Part shown: in pieces, positions 1 to 10,334 of the stretch
Numbering within the stretch: position 1 is the stretch's first letter
How the letters are laid out: each line of letters starts with the position of its first letter
NCBI GenBank assembly: GCA_965206845.1
Contig: OZ242221.1
Coordinates: 416,001 to 480,000, forward strand
Direction: 5' to 3'
DNA: 64,000 nucleotides
DNA from: Cenarchaeum sp.
GTDB lineage: Archaea; Thermoproteota; Nitrososphaeria; Nitrososphaerales; Nitrosopumilaceae
The notes under the pieces: generated by a model
The model's input: the letters and a program-made list of their open reading frames with translations, nothing else
Told to the model about the DNA's origin: nothing
Databases searched by the model: none
Made by a program: the position numbers and the translations under genes

Positions 1-268
1 CGCCGCCGGCGTATCCCATCTGGCCCAGGGAGAAGGCCGCCTCGTGCCTGACCAGCTCGTTTGGATCGCTCTTGAGGATCCGGGCGATGTGCGGTATCTT
101 GTCTTCCCCGCCAAAGTCCGCCAGGATGCAGGTGGCTCGCGTTCGCACCACATAGTCGCCGTGTCCCAGCAGGCCGGCAAAGTATCCGGTATCGCCCCGC
201 TCGTATCTCTCCTCCATCTCCACAAGGGCGTCAAGCCGCTCCTGTGTTACCACACGGTTACCGCTCAT
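1..268 (-). CDS. HEAT/PBS-lyase repeat protein (partial, runs off the window start)
   Basis: Manual translation from ATG 268: MSGNRVVTQERLDALVEMEERY...DYVVRTRATCILADFG...DPNELVRHEAAFSLGQMG, a typical HEAT/E-Z repeat motif. Confidence 0.75.
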   Translation of the reverse strand, partial: MSGNRVVTQERLDALVEMEERYERGDTGYFAGLLGHGDYVVRTRATCILADFGGEDKIPHIARILKSDPNELVRHEAAFSLGQMGYAGG

Positions 269-383
269 ATGGAGGGCGGATCCATGGCACTATATTATTC
301 TAGTCGAGAGCGGCGCACCGGCCCGGAGCCAGTGACGTGCCTGACAAGTACCTTTTTTAATACAAAACCAGGCAAGTGATAGC

Positions 384-1043
384 ATGCTTGCCAGAGTAGG
401 CCAAATGGCGCCCAACCTGCACATCTCGGAGTGGGTTCAGGGGATGCCCACAAACCTGGATCAGGAGAAGGACAAGATCGTCCTGGTGGAGGTGTTCCAG
501 GTAAACTGCCCGGGATGCTTCCTGTACGGCATACCCAGCGCCATCGACATCTACAACGAGTATGCAGATGACGGCGTCCGCGTGCTGGGACTGGCAACGG
601 CGTTTGAGGACTATGACAAGAACACCCTGGACAACCTCAGGATGCTGGCAGAGACAGGCGAGGTGGTGGGCGAGACCAGGACGGCCCTGTCCCAGCACAG
701 CCAGCTGGACCAGGACAGGCTCAAGTACAAAATCCCGTTCCCGCTTGCAATGGACCAGGTCGCTAGGAGTAACGGCGAGGTGAGCCAAGAGAAGATCATG
801 GACTTTATCACCGCCCAGATTCCGGACTTTGACTCGCACCCCCCGGAGAACCGGCAGCAGGTAATTCAGAAGGTTCGGGACTACATGGGAGCAAAGGAGT
901 ACACGGCAGAGACATTTGAGATGTACGCCCTACAGGGAACCCCGTCCACAATCCTGGTGGACAGAGAGGGCGTGCTCAGGGACGTGTCCTTTGGACAGGG
1001 CACGAATCTAAGACACACGATTCAGAAGCTGCTCGCGGAATAG
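384..1043 (+). CDS. Thioredoxin-like (TlpA/AhpC-TSA) redoxin
   Basis: VEVFQVNCPGC CxxC motif and GTPSTILVDREG cis-Pro region. Confidence 0.8.
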   Translation: MLARVGQMAPNLHISEWVQGMPTNLDQEKDKIVLVEVFQVNCPGCFLYGIPSAIDIYNEYADDGVRVLGLATAFEDYDKNTLDNLRMLAETGEVVGETRTALSQHSQLDQDRLKYKIPFPLAMDQVARSNGEVSQEKIMDFITAQIPDFDSHPPENRQQVIQKVRDYMGAKEYTAETFEMYALQGTPSTILVDREGVLRDVSFGQGTNLRHTIQKLLAE

Positions 1044-1101
1044 GGCATCAGAACACGGCACCATCAGCAGTTATGGCAGGACCTAATCAGCATTCGCGCA
1101 G

Positions 1102-1557
1102 TCAGGCAGCTACGGATATCCGGCCCTTTATCTCCTTGTCCTGGATGATTCGCGGGTGTGAGGGATCCGCCAGAATTATCTCAAACCAGTGGTGCCTGCC
1201 GTCCTTGTAGACAAAGTACGAGCCTAGAAGATTCAGGTTCGGGTATCTTTGAAGAATGCGGTTCTCTGCCACCTGTCTCATGCTTACGTCTGCCTTGATG
1301 CGGGTAACACCAAGGTGCTTGGGTCTCCGTCCACCGCGTGGACGCCGTCTTCTCATTCCTCCGACTCCGACCCTCATTCGAACCACGATGATTCCCTGCT
1401 TTGCCTTGTACCCCAGGCGGCGGGCACGCTGTATCCGGCTGGGCTTCTCTATCCGGGTGACTGCGTTCTCCCGCCTCCAGATGACTGCCCGGCTTCTCAG
1501 CTCCGGCGAGTTCTCTTTTAGCATATTGATCCATGTTTGATCCTGGCGTGTAGGCAT
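1102..1557 (-). CDS. rpl15e: 50S ribosomal protein L15e
   Basis: ARRLGYKAKQG...YPNLNLLGSYFVYKDGRHHWFEIILADPSHP L15e signature; start placed at MPTRQ. Confidence 0.95.
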   Translation of the reverse strand: MPTRQDQTWINMLKENSPELRSRAVIWRRENAVTRIEKPSRIQRARRLGYKAKQGIIVVRMRVGVGGMRRRRPRGGRRPKHLGVTRIKADVSMRQVAENRILQRYPNLNLLGSYFVYKDGRHHWFEIILADPSHPRIIQDKEIKGRISVAA

Positions 1558-1704
1558 TTCGCAGATTAAAGCACGCCGAGTGTCATACATATACCTTTAG
1601 ATATGAGATCGGTCGCGGAACAGCCCACTGCCGTGGAGCACCGTGCCGCATCCATCAGGAGGCATGTCTTGGATGAGTCGAATTCGACAGGCAGAGGTGC
1701 GGCG

Positions 1705-2439
1705 CTAGGACTCTGCGGACTGGGATCTTCTTCTTGCCCTTCTGTCCAGCACCCTGATCAGGTACAGCAGGATAATTACCACGGCGGCAATTGTGGCTGC
1801 AGCGGATATTCCGACGAGCAGGCCCGAAGAGGCGCCGGCAGATGGGTCCTGCTCCGGTACGTCCGGCGCTTCTGCATCCGGATCCTGGGCATCGGGTGCG
1901 GGCTTGTCTGTGGGTGGCGCGTCCGGTGTGGGTTTGTCTGCAGGTGGTTCATCAGGTGCTGGTTTGTCAGCAGGTGGCTCGTCCGGTGTGGGTTTGTCTG
2001 CAGGTGGGGAGTCGGATATGGGCTCTGGCGTGTCCGCGCCCAGCCTGGTTCCAATTACATCCACGGAGAGCGTTCCGCCTTCAAGTGCGAGCCGGATGGT
2101 TCTGCTCTGCTCTGTTGTCGCAACTTCTACGACATCCACAATGCGGCCGCCATCGGCAATAGCGAAGAACTCCTCGTCGCCGTCGTCGGATACCGCATCA
2201 AACAGGGCCCGCTCAAGCGTGATCTCCAGGATCCCGGAGGGATCGGCAACCAGCACGTCAAAGGACAGCAGGGCGATATCCGGATCCGGTAAAACCTGAA
2301 GTACCTCCACATTCTGGGCATCGTACTGTACGGAGTACGCTGTGCCGTCCACATCAACGGGTATGTCTCCCGGCTCGGCGCCCGCATACAGCGGCACCAT
2401 TGCCATCAGCAACGCCAGAACGACAGGTTTTCTTATCAA
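1705..2439 (-). CDS. Secreted/membrane-anchored thaumarchaeal surface protein with Pro/Asp-rich linker
   Basis: N-terminal signal peptide, beta-rich domain, PPADKP(T/A)PDE repeats, C-terminal TM helix plus basic tail. Confidence 0.75.
   Translation of the reverse strand: MIRKPVVLALLMAMVPLYAGAEPGDIPVDVDGTAYSVQYDAQNVEVLQVLPDPDIALLSFDVLVADPSGILEITLERALFDAVSDDGDEEFFAIADGGRIVDVVEVATTEQSRTIRLALEGGTLSVDVIGTRLGADTPEPISDSPPADKPTPDEPPADKPAPDEPPADKPTPDAPPTDKPAPDAQDPDAEAPDVPEQDPSAGASSGLLVGISAAATIAAVVIILLYLIRVLDRRARRRSQSAES
1890..2010. repeat. About four 30-bp coding tandem repeats (PPADKPTPDE)
   Basis: gtccggtgtgggtttgtctgcaggtgg is identical at 1921 and 1981, with variant units between and before. Confidence 0.8.
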
Positions 2440-2495
2440 TACTGGTTGGACTTGGCAAATCCAACTTAAAAAGTGTGATATGCGGGGCAGCGCAT

Positions 2496-3428
2496 CTAGA
2501 TTACCCCTCTCAGAATCTGAATGATCTTCTCTGCCACGATGTTTGCAGCCAGTGTCTGGGCCTCGACCGTCTGGGCCCCCATGTGCGGTGTCAGGATCAC
2601 GTTATCAAGCTCTGTCAGCCGGTGGCCCGTCGCAGGCTCGCTCTCAAACACGTCCAGTGCCGCTCCCCCCAGCCTCCCGTCTTTGAGCGCGCCGTACAGC
2701 GCATCCTCGTCAACTATCCCGCCCCGGGATGTGTTGATTATCTTTGCCGTGGGCTTCATCAGGGAGAGCTTCTCTTCGTTGATCATGTGGTATGTCGACT
2801 TCAATAGCGGCACATGCAGTGAGATGTAATCCGAGCTTTGGAGAAGCGTATCCAGATCGGTTTTGAGCATGCCCACGTCACGGGAGAACTCCTTGTCCAC
2901 GGGAACCACGTCGTAGCCTATGATGTTCATGTTGAGGCCCCTGGCAAGCCGCCCCAGCCGCTTTCCGATGTTCCCAAGTCCCACTATGCCCAGGTACTTG
3001 CCCTTCAGCTCGGATCCCGCAGCCTGCTTCTTCAGCCACTGGCCGTTCCGCATTGCCCGGTCCATCCGCGGAACCTGCCTTGCCAGCCCCAGCATCAGGC
3101 CCAAGACGAGCTCTGCCACCGCGGTCATGGCGCCCTCGGCGGCATTGATTACGCGGATCTCGCCTGCCTTTGCCGCGTCAAGATCGACGTTGTCAAGGCC
3201 CACACCGACCCGGGCGATGATCTTGCACCTACTGGCCCTGCCTATCAGATCCTTTGTGAGCTTGGTTCTGCTCCGCACTATCACTATGTCAAACCGGGCT
3301 ATCTCTTCGGACAGCTGGGCCGGCGTGATCTCCGGCTCGTAGGTCACCTTCAGGCCGTTCTCCGTCAGAATCCGTCCCAGGATGCTATCCACCTTGTCAC
3401 ATATCAGTACGTCTTGGTCAAAAGTCAA
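2496..3428 (-). CDS. serA: D-3-phosphoglycerate / D-2-hydroxyacid dehydrogenase
   Basis: RVGVGLDNVD, GIVGLGNIG, INTSRGGIVDE and TPHMGA motifs. Confidence 0.85.
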   Translation of the reverse strand: MTFDQDVLICDKVDSILGRILTENGLKVTYEPEITPAQLSEEIARFDIVIVRSRTKLTKDLIGRASRCKIIARVGVGLDNVDLDAAKAGEIRVINAAEGAMTAVAELVLGLMLGLARQVPRMDRAMRNGQWLKKQAAGSELKGKYLGIVGLGNIGKRLGRLARGLNMNIIGYDVVPVDKEFSRDVGMLKTDLDTLLQSSDYISLHVPLLKSTYHMINEEKLSLMKPTAKIINTSRGGIVDEDALYGALKDGRLGGAALDVFESEPATGHRLTELDNVILTPHMGAQTVEAQTLAANIVAEKIIQILRGVI

Positions 3429-3605
3429 CGGTAATCCGTTATTTGAACAAGATATAAAGCTGTTATGTCCGATGCCGGATCCCTGGCGTGGTTCCCAACC
3501 AGGATCTCAGTCCGTTGCGACCCGCCCGGGTGTGCGCGGGCGCAGCCCGGCGCGGCGGCGCAAAGAAAGCGTATTTTTATTGGTGCACGCCGCACCATAC
3601 ACGGT

Positions 3606-4838
3606 GTGAGACGGCAAGAAGATGTGGTTCTCTTGGGGCTGGCAGCGGCGCTGCTCTTTGCCGCAGGCTCTGCGGGCATGCAGACTGCCGGTGCGGCAGG
3701 GGACGGGGTCGAGGTGCTGGAGACTGTCGGCTTTTTTGACTCGCGCGGCACGTATACGGTTGTGGGATCCGTCAAGAACCACGAACCGTACCACATAGTG
3801 CCCAGGATCACCGTCAGCGTGCTGGACGGGAGCGCAACCGTAACCGAGTCGTTTCTGCACATGCCGGTGGCCCCATCAGGCGAGATGCCCTTCAGGGTAG
3901 GGCTGGCAGTGTCTGGCGACTCGCCCATACTCCTGGCACCGGAGGTATCCTACGTCGCCATACAGAGGAGCCCCACCAGCATCCAGGTCATATACGATAA
4001 GACCCTCATAGTGCACGACGACGGGCACCTGACGGGGCGGGTGATCAACGTCGGCAACGACACCATGCACAACGTCAGCATCCTTGCGGTAATGCACGGC
4101 ACGGACCACCGCGTCCTTGATGCAGGCCGGAGCGCAGAGCTGATCGGCAGCATGGGGCCCGGAGAGATCCTCGGGTTCTCCATGTATCCGGATCCCGCCG
4201 TATCCGAGGAGATCTTCTACTACAGCTGCTTTGCCATTACCGACTCGTTTGTCAAGCCGGTCTACACCGAGAGAAACGGCAGCAAGTTCTACTTCAGGTA
4301 CGAGTCCGGATCGTGGTACGCGTACCCGGCGTTCAACGAGGGGGGGACGGAGCTTCGCATGCGGACGCAGAACAGCTTCCCGCTTGAGACCTATGCAAAC
4401 TTTGAGTTTCCGGTGTTCGACGAGGGCGAGAGGTTTGCCGTGTTTGTAAACGGCCAGCAGAAGGAGATAATCCAGAGCGTGGACGAGTGGGGAAGCTGGC
4501 ATGTTGCGTTTGTCGTGGATGCCCGGGAGAGCGGGGACATCCTGATAACCGGCTTTGAGGAGGGCTGGGAGCTGGGAGACAGCATACTCATTCCGGACTG
4601 GATGAGGACCAACGCCCTCTGGTGGTCAGGCCAGGAGGGAGGCGACGAGGTGTTTCTCATGGGGATCAAGTTCCTGGTGGATGAGGGGATCATCCAGGGG
4701 GCAGAAAACACAGGTGACGCTGCGGTTCCCGGATGGGTAAAGTGGGTTGCCGCGCTGTGGGCCGACGGGCAGATAGACGACGCGACGTTTGTGGCCGGAA
4801 TGGAGTACCTCATAGGGGCAGGAGTCATACGTGTGTGA
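3606..4838 (+). CDS. Secreted protein with C-terminal thaumarchaeal IPxWxK/R-NAxWW surface domain
   Basis: Signal peptide; IPDWMRTNALWWS...GIKFLVDEGII repeat domain. The GTG start at 3606 is inferred. Confidence 0.75.
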   Translation: MRRQEDVVLLGLAAALLFAAGSAGMQTAGAAGDGVEVLETVGFFDSRGTYTVVGSVKNHEPYHIVPRITVSVLDGSATVTESFLHMPVAPSGEMPFRVGLAVSGDSPILLAPEVSYVAIQRSPTSIQVIYDKTLIVHDDGHLTGRVINVGNDTMHNVSILAVMHGTDHRVLDAGRSAELIGSMGPGEILGFSMYPDPAVSEEIFYYSCFAITDSFVKPVYTERNGSKFYFRYESGSWYAYPAFNEGGTELRMRTQNSFPLETYANFEFPVFDEGERFAVFVNGQQKEIIQSVDEWGSWHVAFVVDARESGDILITGFEEGWELGDSILIPDWMRTNALWWSGQEGGDEVFLMGIKFLVDEGIIQGAENTGDAAVPGWVKWVAALWADGQIDDATFVAGMEYLIGAGVIRV

Positions 4839-4967
4839 TGCGCCGCGCAACAAAGGGCTACAGCAACATCTGCTACGCCACTGGGCCCTGCCGGTACCAC
4901 GGTCTGCATCTGGCGCGGCGCCGATCAAAACTGAGGTTTTTAAGGACAGCGTCACAGGATATACCAA

Positions 4968-5597
4968 ATGAACCGATACGCCCTGATGGTGCCATGCCTT
5001 GCCGTCCTGTGCGCGGCCCTCCCGGCAGCACATGCCGCTGACATCTCCATCGAGACCGCGCAGGAGATCTACTACTACGGGGATCGCCTCACGTATACGG
5101 TAACAGTAAGCGAGGTGACAGGCGAGCCGGCATTCCTGTACATTGTGGATGCCGGCGGCACGAAGAGCTCGGCCATCCCGCTGCCGGTGTCCCAGCCGGT
5201 AACCGAGTTTGTGTCGCCGTTTCCGTTTGAGGCCGCCACGTACCAGGTGGGCGGGTGGACACTGGAGATATACTACGGCGAGTCCCAGAGCGAGGCCGCA
5301 TTTACCCTAATGGACTCCGGGCGGGCGGTGATTCCCACCTGGATCAAGGACGCCGGAAGGCTGTGGATCGCCGGAGCAAGCGAGGAGTACTACCTGTCCG
5401 CAATCGAGTACCTGGTTGACCAGGGCATACTGCAGGTTGACGCACCGCCGGCGCCAGACGACGGCAGGGCGTCAATCCCCGAATGGGTGAAAGTCATAAC
5501 GGCGTGGTGGATCCAGGGGCATGTTGCGGATCACGAGTATGCGAGCGCCATCGAGTACCTGATCAACCACGGGGCCATAAGGGTCGGCCAACAATGA
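4968..5597 (+). CDS. Secreted protein with the same thaumarchaeal C-terminal surface domain
   Basis: Signal peptide; IPTWIKDAGRLW and IPEWVKVITAWW...AIEYLI repeats. Confidence 0.75.
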   Translation: MNRYALMVPCLAVLCAALPAAHAADISIETAQEIYYYGDRLTYTVTVSEVTGEPAFLYIVDAGGTKSSAIPLPVSQPVTEFVSPFPFEAATYQVGGWTLEIYYGESQSEAAFTLMDSGRAVIPTWIKDAGRLWIAGASEEYYLSAIEYLVDQGILQVDAPPAPDDGRASIPEWVKVITAWWIQGHVADHEYASAIEYLINHGAIRVGQQ

Positions 5598-6115
5598 ACC
5601 CGCACACGATAATTGTAGCCATCGCGTCAGTAGTAATTGCCGGTACCGTCGCATTCTCTGCATCTGGCGTGGTGGTGGCAGACGGCATCCGGCTGGGGGC
5701 GCCTGACGACGAGGGTTTCAGCTACTTTAGGATGATCAACGGAGAGAAGGTCTCGGTGTGCAATCCCACCATGCTCTACGCACGCATCAACGGCCTGGAC
5801 ATCACCATCATCAACGGGGGCAGCCAGATAGGCCAGCTAAGCCTTCCTGGAAGGTTCCTGGAGCCGAACTCCGCATATGTGGAGCAGGGCCAGTTTACGA
5901 CCGGCGTCCAAGAGGAGATCCAGTACCTCGCGCTGCACTTTGATGCCATGGCAAACGATGTCATACCGCAGCGCATCGATCCGGCCTCGCTGGTCATCAC
6001 CACGGAGGTGCGGGCGAGCATACTGGGCTTTGTGCCATACTCTGCAACCAAGAGCTACCAGGCATTTGACTTCATAGACATGATGAACGGGATCGGAGAA
6101 GAGCACCCCTGCTAG
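5594..6115 (+). CDS. Hypothetical membrane-anchored protein
   Basis: ATG overlaps the upstream stop (ATGA); N-terminal hydrophobic helix. Confidence 0.7.
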   Translation: MNPHTIIVAIASVVIAGTVAFSASGVVVADGIRLGAPDDEGFSYFRMINGEKVSVCNPTMLYARINGLDITIINGGSQIGQLSLPGRFLEPNSAYVEQGQFTTGVQEEIQYLALHFDAMANDVIPQRIDPASLVITTEVRASILGFVPYSATKSYQAFDFIDMMNGIGEEHPC

Positions 6116-6123
6116 AGGGTCTC

Positions 6124-6136
6124 AAAAATAAAAAAA
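6124..6136 (-). terminator. T-rich archaeal terminator after nirK
   Basis: Minus strand reads TTTTTTTATTTTT just past the nirK stop. Confidence 0.55.
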
Positions 6137-6152
6137 GGTATAGTGTATCGGG

Positions 6153-7580
6153 TTACAGAAGTCCTGCGGATTCCAGAATCGGAGGTAGTACTTCCCACAA
6201 TGCTACTGCACCATCTGCCTGGATTTCGGCTGCACGCTCGTCGGTATACAGTCCGTGAACGTTGGTTGCCGGGTGGGCGATGCTGTTCATGCCTGTTGGA
6301 GGTACTGCATCACTTGGGTTGCCCAGCACGTATGCGTATGACGGTACGGGCTCTGGGATTACGCCAAGGCTGACTAGTGTCGGGTTCAGGCTGAAGGGAT
6401 CTCCTGCCACAAAGACAGTGAGCGCTCCAGTGTAGATTGCGGCATAGTCGTGGTTGACTGCTGCGTATGTTCCGGGCTCGTCAAATACTAGATCAACGAT
6501 CATGTTCTGAGAACCGCCAAGCAGCCACGTCTCGGTTGCAGCGGACTGCACCCTGTTACCCTGTACCACACGATCCAGAATCTCGCCCACTATGTGGAAG
6601 AACACGGGCTCGTTGCCCTGGTTCTCGACGAAGATTCTTACGTGCTGGTCAAGCTCTACATAGAGAAGCTGCGACTGGTACTGCTTTAGTGCGACATCAT
6701 TCCATGGCTGGGCCACGAAGATGTTATCGTCCATGGATCCTGCAATAAGCAGGTTGTGCACTCCGTTTGGAACGTAGTTGAACGGTATTCCGTTGACGAC
6801 TGAGCCTGTGTTGTGATGTTCAAACATTGCCTCTGCATCGTAGAATCCTGCGCCAGTAAGATACATCTGGCTGTACTGCAGTTGGAACTCCAGTGCGTCT
6901 GCATCATAGAACTGTCTGTCCACCTCGCCGCTGCCGCTGGTCTTCTCAACCATCAGTCTCTTGTAGCCGTCTGCTGGGTCGACTATGGTAATGCCATACA
7001 TACCCGAGAGTACGTGCTGGTCCATTGCCACCAGGTCGACACCTGAGCAGTGGTACTTGAATACGCCGGCAGAGTGTGCAATGTAGCAGAATGCTCTGGA
7101 CTCTCCGGGCTGTACAGCGCCGAAGGTTGCAGATGACACCTGTGATGCATGCATGTCGTTTCCGTGTGCCGTTGTCTCGTCAGCAGGGATGGTAAGCGTC
7201 ATCTTGATGACATCACCCTGTGTGACGCGGATCGTCGGACCTGGAACCTGATCGTTGAAGACCATTGCCTGGAACAGCTTTGGCTCTTCAGCCGTGTGTC
7301 CCAGCATGGGCAGTGCAACGCTGGTACCTATCAGCTGAAAGTCGTGAACCGTGCGGCCACTCTCTTCCAGTGCGGTGCAGTCTGTCTCGGCAAATGCGCT
7401 TGGCATTACGAGTTCCAGACCGCCCATGGCGTGGATCTGTTCTAATACGTCGATATCCATTGCTTCAAGGTCAAGTGTTTGACCGGCAATCTGTGTCTGT
7501 GTGTAGTTACTTCCAAGCAGTGTTGCTCCCATTACTGCTACTGCAGCAACGGTAAACATCATGCTTAAACGTCTATTCAT
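6153..7580 (-). CDS. nirK: Copper-containing nitrite reductase (archaeal AnirK)
   Basis: Cu ligands and catalytic residues present: HGNDMH, YHC, QHVLSGM, FFHIVGE, AVNHD; N-terminal signal/TM. Confidence 0.92.
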   Translation of the reverse strand: MNRRLSMMFTVAAVAVMGATLLGSNYTQTQIAGQTLDLEAMDIDVLEQIHAMGGLELVMPSAFAETDCTALEESGRTVHDFQLIGTSVALPMLGHTAEEPKLFQAMVFNDQVPGPTIRVTQGDVIKMTLTIPADETTAHGNDMHASQVSSATFGAVQPGESRAFCYIAHSAGVFKYHCSGVDLVAMDQHVLSGMYGITIVDPADGYKRLMVEKTSGSGEVDRQFYDADALEFQLQYSQMYLTGAGFYDAEAMFEHHNTGSVVNGIPFNYVPNGVHNLLIAGSMDDNIFVAQPWNDVALKQYQSQLLYVELDQHVRIFVENQGNEPVFFHIVGEILDRVVQGNRVQSAATETWLLGGSQNMIVDLVFDEPGTYAAVNHDYAAIYTGALTVFVAGDPFSLNPTLVSLGVIPEPVPSYAYVLGNPSDAVPPTGMNSIAHPATNVHGLYTDERAAEIQADGAVALWEVLPPILESAGLL

Positions 7581-7602
7581 TAGATTGGTGCTTATACCAA
7601 AC

Positions 7603-7611
7603 TATATAAAA
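7603..7611 (-). promoter_or_regulatory. Putative TATA box of nirK
   Basis: TTTTATATA 23-31 nt upstream of the ATG. Confidence 0.55.
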
Positions 7612-8044
7612 GTACTAACTTTGGCCGCTATGTCCAGCATACACATACCGCCCCTGACCCGTTGTGTTCCACTGGCGCATACCCCATCATACCAAAGAGT
7701 ACGTTAGCCTAGTGATGGTGGCCTCCTCAGGTAGCACCTGCCGGATCTGGTTCCAAACATGTCGATGTCGACGGGTGGACACGCCGCGAGGCAGTCCCCC
7801 TCCCCCAAGGCGCCTGCCTGGCCTGGCTCCAGACACCGTCTTGTGGGCAGTGTGGAGAACAGGCAAATCCTACAGGAGTGGCATAAGGATGAAGGTGGAA
7901 CGGATGCATGTCTGCTGGAACCAGATGCCGCAGGGACGCTCACCTGAGCCCGTGTCCGGGCCGCCGGAGCGAACCGGGACGGCATGAAGCATGGCCCATC
8001 TTGAGGGCGCAGGCGGCGCCACGCAGGCCTAAACAAATACAGAT

Positions 8045-8832
8045 ATGAAGCAGGCAGCAACGCGAAGAGGCATGCACAAGACACCGGCTGAGCTGGCATC
8101 AGAGAGGCAGGTTCGCGTCAACCTGATTGCGGGCCGTGAAGGGTGCGTCAACAGATGCGTCCCTGATCTCTTTGGCCGGCGGTACTCAAGCGTGCTGTAT
8201 GTCGGGCCAACAAAAAATGACAGCACTTCCTGAACTGTTTTGAAGAATCCGGCTACAGAAGGATTGTAATCCTTGAGGCGTTCCGGGAGAATTACGAGTT
8301 CCTTAAGGAAAAGTTTGAGGCAAAGAATCCCGACACATACCAGAGATGTGATTCGTAATTAGCACGCAGGCACATTAGAGCACGATCTTTGGCATAATCA
8401 TACGAAAGTTGCATGCTTTGGAGCATATATCTGTAAGATTATGGGCATCAAAGGTTCGATTCTTAATTGCGGATCATGTCTCAGGTCGTCTGGGGGAAGG
8501 TGCAGGAGATTGAGAGGCTCCCGCTGGGGCGCTTTGACGTGGTCTTCTTCTGGCACGGCCCGGAACACCTGCAGGAGCGTCAGATATCCCCAACGTTGGA
8601 GAAGCTGGAGCTCATCTGCAACCACCTAGTGGTCTGCGGGATGCCCTTTGGGTTCTATGAGCAGGGGCCGGAGTACGGGAATCCCTTCGAGACGCACCAA
8701 TCACACATCTATCCCCCGTTCCTGGAGGGGCTGGGCTACAAGACCGAGACTCTGGGGAACCGAGACCAGATGGGGGCCAACACTACCGCCTGGAAGTATG
8801 CGAGAGGGGCGCCCGCCACCGAGTCTGCATAG
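8045..8832 (+). pseudogene. Class I SAM-methyltransferase-like pseudogene
   Basis: Reconstructs as SVLYVG(fs)ANKK*QHFLNCFEESGYRRIVILEAFRENY...PDTYQ[insertion]VVWGKVQEI...FDVVFFWHGPEHL; one frameshift, one TGA and a MITE insertion. Confidence 0.7.
8344..8481. mobile_element. 138-bp MITE-like insertion
   Basis: Imperfect TIRs (agatgtgattcgtaatta vs revcomp agacatgatccgcaatta, 14/18), CAG target duplication at 8341-8343 and 8482-8484, AT-rich; removing it restores the reading frame. Confidence 0.75.
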
Positions 8833-8964
8833 CCGCGGATCCTTGTGTGCGCCGAGCAAGAAGGCATCCACGGGCCGGAACGGATCAGGACGGTGTGGGC
8901 CATGACCTGCCACAAACGCCGGGGCGCATACAAAAGGAAATTAAGTGGAAAAGTATTCCACAGC

Positions 8965-10332
8965 TTGAACGTGGAGTACAGAACAGATACCGACTCGCTG
9001 GGAGAGGTCAGCATTCCATCAGACGCATACTACGGTCCGTTTACCGGAAGGGCCGTCAGGCAGTACTCGGTAACGGGAGTCAGATCCCACGACAACCTGA
9101 TACGGGCGTTTGTCATGATAAAGCGATCTGCCGCCGTTGCCAACATGAAGGCAGGGGTCGTGGACGCGGAGCGCGGCGACGCCATCGTCGAGGCCTGCGA
9201 TCAGATTCTGGCCGGCCGGTTTGTGGATCAGTTTGTGGTGGATGCGATCAACTCAGGGGCGGGAACCGCCTTTAACATGAACTCAAACGAGGTGATCGCC
9301 AACGTGGCGCTGGAGATAATGGGCAAGGAGAAGGGACAGTACCAACACCTGCACCCAAACGACCACGTGAACATGTCCCAGTCAAGCAACGACACGTTTC
9401 CCACCGCGATGCATGTCGCCATCCTGGAAAATCTAGTCCAAGCCGTGCAGGCAATAGATGCGCTCATCGGCTCCCTCTCAAGAAAGGCAGAGCAGTTTGC
9501 GCCGTGCAAAAAGATAGGAAGGACGCACCTGATGGATGCCCTGCCGGTAACCCTGGGCGGCGAGTTTGCCGCATATGCCACTGCCATCACAAGGGCGAGG
9601 GACGCCATCGCAGAGGCGCAAAAGACGCTGGAGCCAGTGGCGCTTGGGGCAACAGCTGTGGGCACCGGGGCAAACACGCCAGAAGGGTACAGAGAGACAG
9701 CAATCACGGAGCTGGCAGAGATCTCGGGGCTTCCGCTGGTACCGGAGCAGGACATGCAGTACGCGCTACAGAGCAGGTTTGCCGTCGCAAAGGCGTCCGC
9801 GTCACTGCGGAACTTGGCGCTGGAGCTTGGCAGGCTCGCAAACGACATCAGGCTGATGGCATCGGGGCCGGTTGCGGGTCTCTCGGAGCTTGGGATTCCC
9901 GCGGTGCACGCCGGCTCGTCGATCATGCCAGGAAAGGTAAACCCGTCGCTGGCCGAGTGCATGAACATGATCTGCTTTTGCATAATTGGGAACGATGCAG
10001 CAGTGGCCCACGCCGCCCAGGGCGGGCAGTTCGAGCTGAACGTAATGCTGCCGGGCATGCTAAAGTGCATGCTCGAGTCAACAGACATGCTCAAGAACTT
10101 TCTGCCGGTCTTCTCTGCAAACCTGATCGACGGCCTGACCGCGGACAGGGGGCGCCTGCAAAAGGACATAGAGAACAGCCCGGTTATAGTCACGCTTCTT
10201 GCGCCCAAGATCGGGTACCTCAAGTCGGCCGAGCTGTTCAAGGAGTCCCTGAAGACCGGCAAGACCATCAGGGAGCTGGTGCTGGAGAAGGGGATGCTTT
10301 CGCAAGAAGAGCTGGACGCGGTATTCGGGTAG
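8965..10332 (+). CDS. Aspartate ammonia-lyase / class II fumarase family lyase
   Basis: GSSIMPGKVNP signature, HPNDHVNMSQSSNDTFPT, KIGRTHLMDA; start (TTG 8965 or GTG 8971) inferred. Confidence 0.9.
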   Translation: MNVEYRTDTDSLGEVSIPSDAYYGPFTGRAVRQYSVTGVRSHDNLIRAFVMIKRSAAVANMKAGVVDAERGDAIVEACDQILAGRFVDQFVVDAINSGAGTAFNMNSNEVIANVALEIMGKEKGQYQHLHPNDHVNMSQSSNDTFPTAMHVAILENLVQAVQAIDALIGSLSRKAEQFAPCKKIGRTHLMDALPVTLGGEFAAYATAITRARDAIAEAQKTLEPVALGATAVGTGANTPEGYRETAITELAEISGLPLVPEQDMQYALQSRFAVAKASASLRNLALELGRLANDIRLMASGPVAGLSELGIPAVHAGSSIMPGKVNPSLAECMNMICFCIIGNDAAVAHAAQGGQFELNVMLPGMLKCMLESTDMLKNFLPVFSANLIDGLTADRGRLQKDIENSPVIVTLLAPKIGYLKSAELFKESLKTGKTIRELVLEKGMLSQEELDAVFG

Positions 10333-10334
10333 AG

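Noticed and set aside
7620-8040. Short ORFs upstream of nirK
   Set aside because: No motifs or consistent coding signal.
9504-10334. N-terminal ~277 aa of the 699-aa ORF as a fusion to the methylthiotransferase
   Set aside because: It is an alternative frame overlapping the lyase gene; the true start is ATG 10335.
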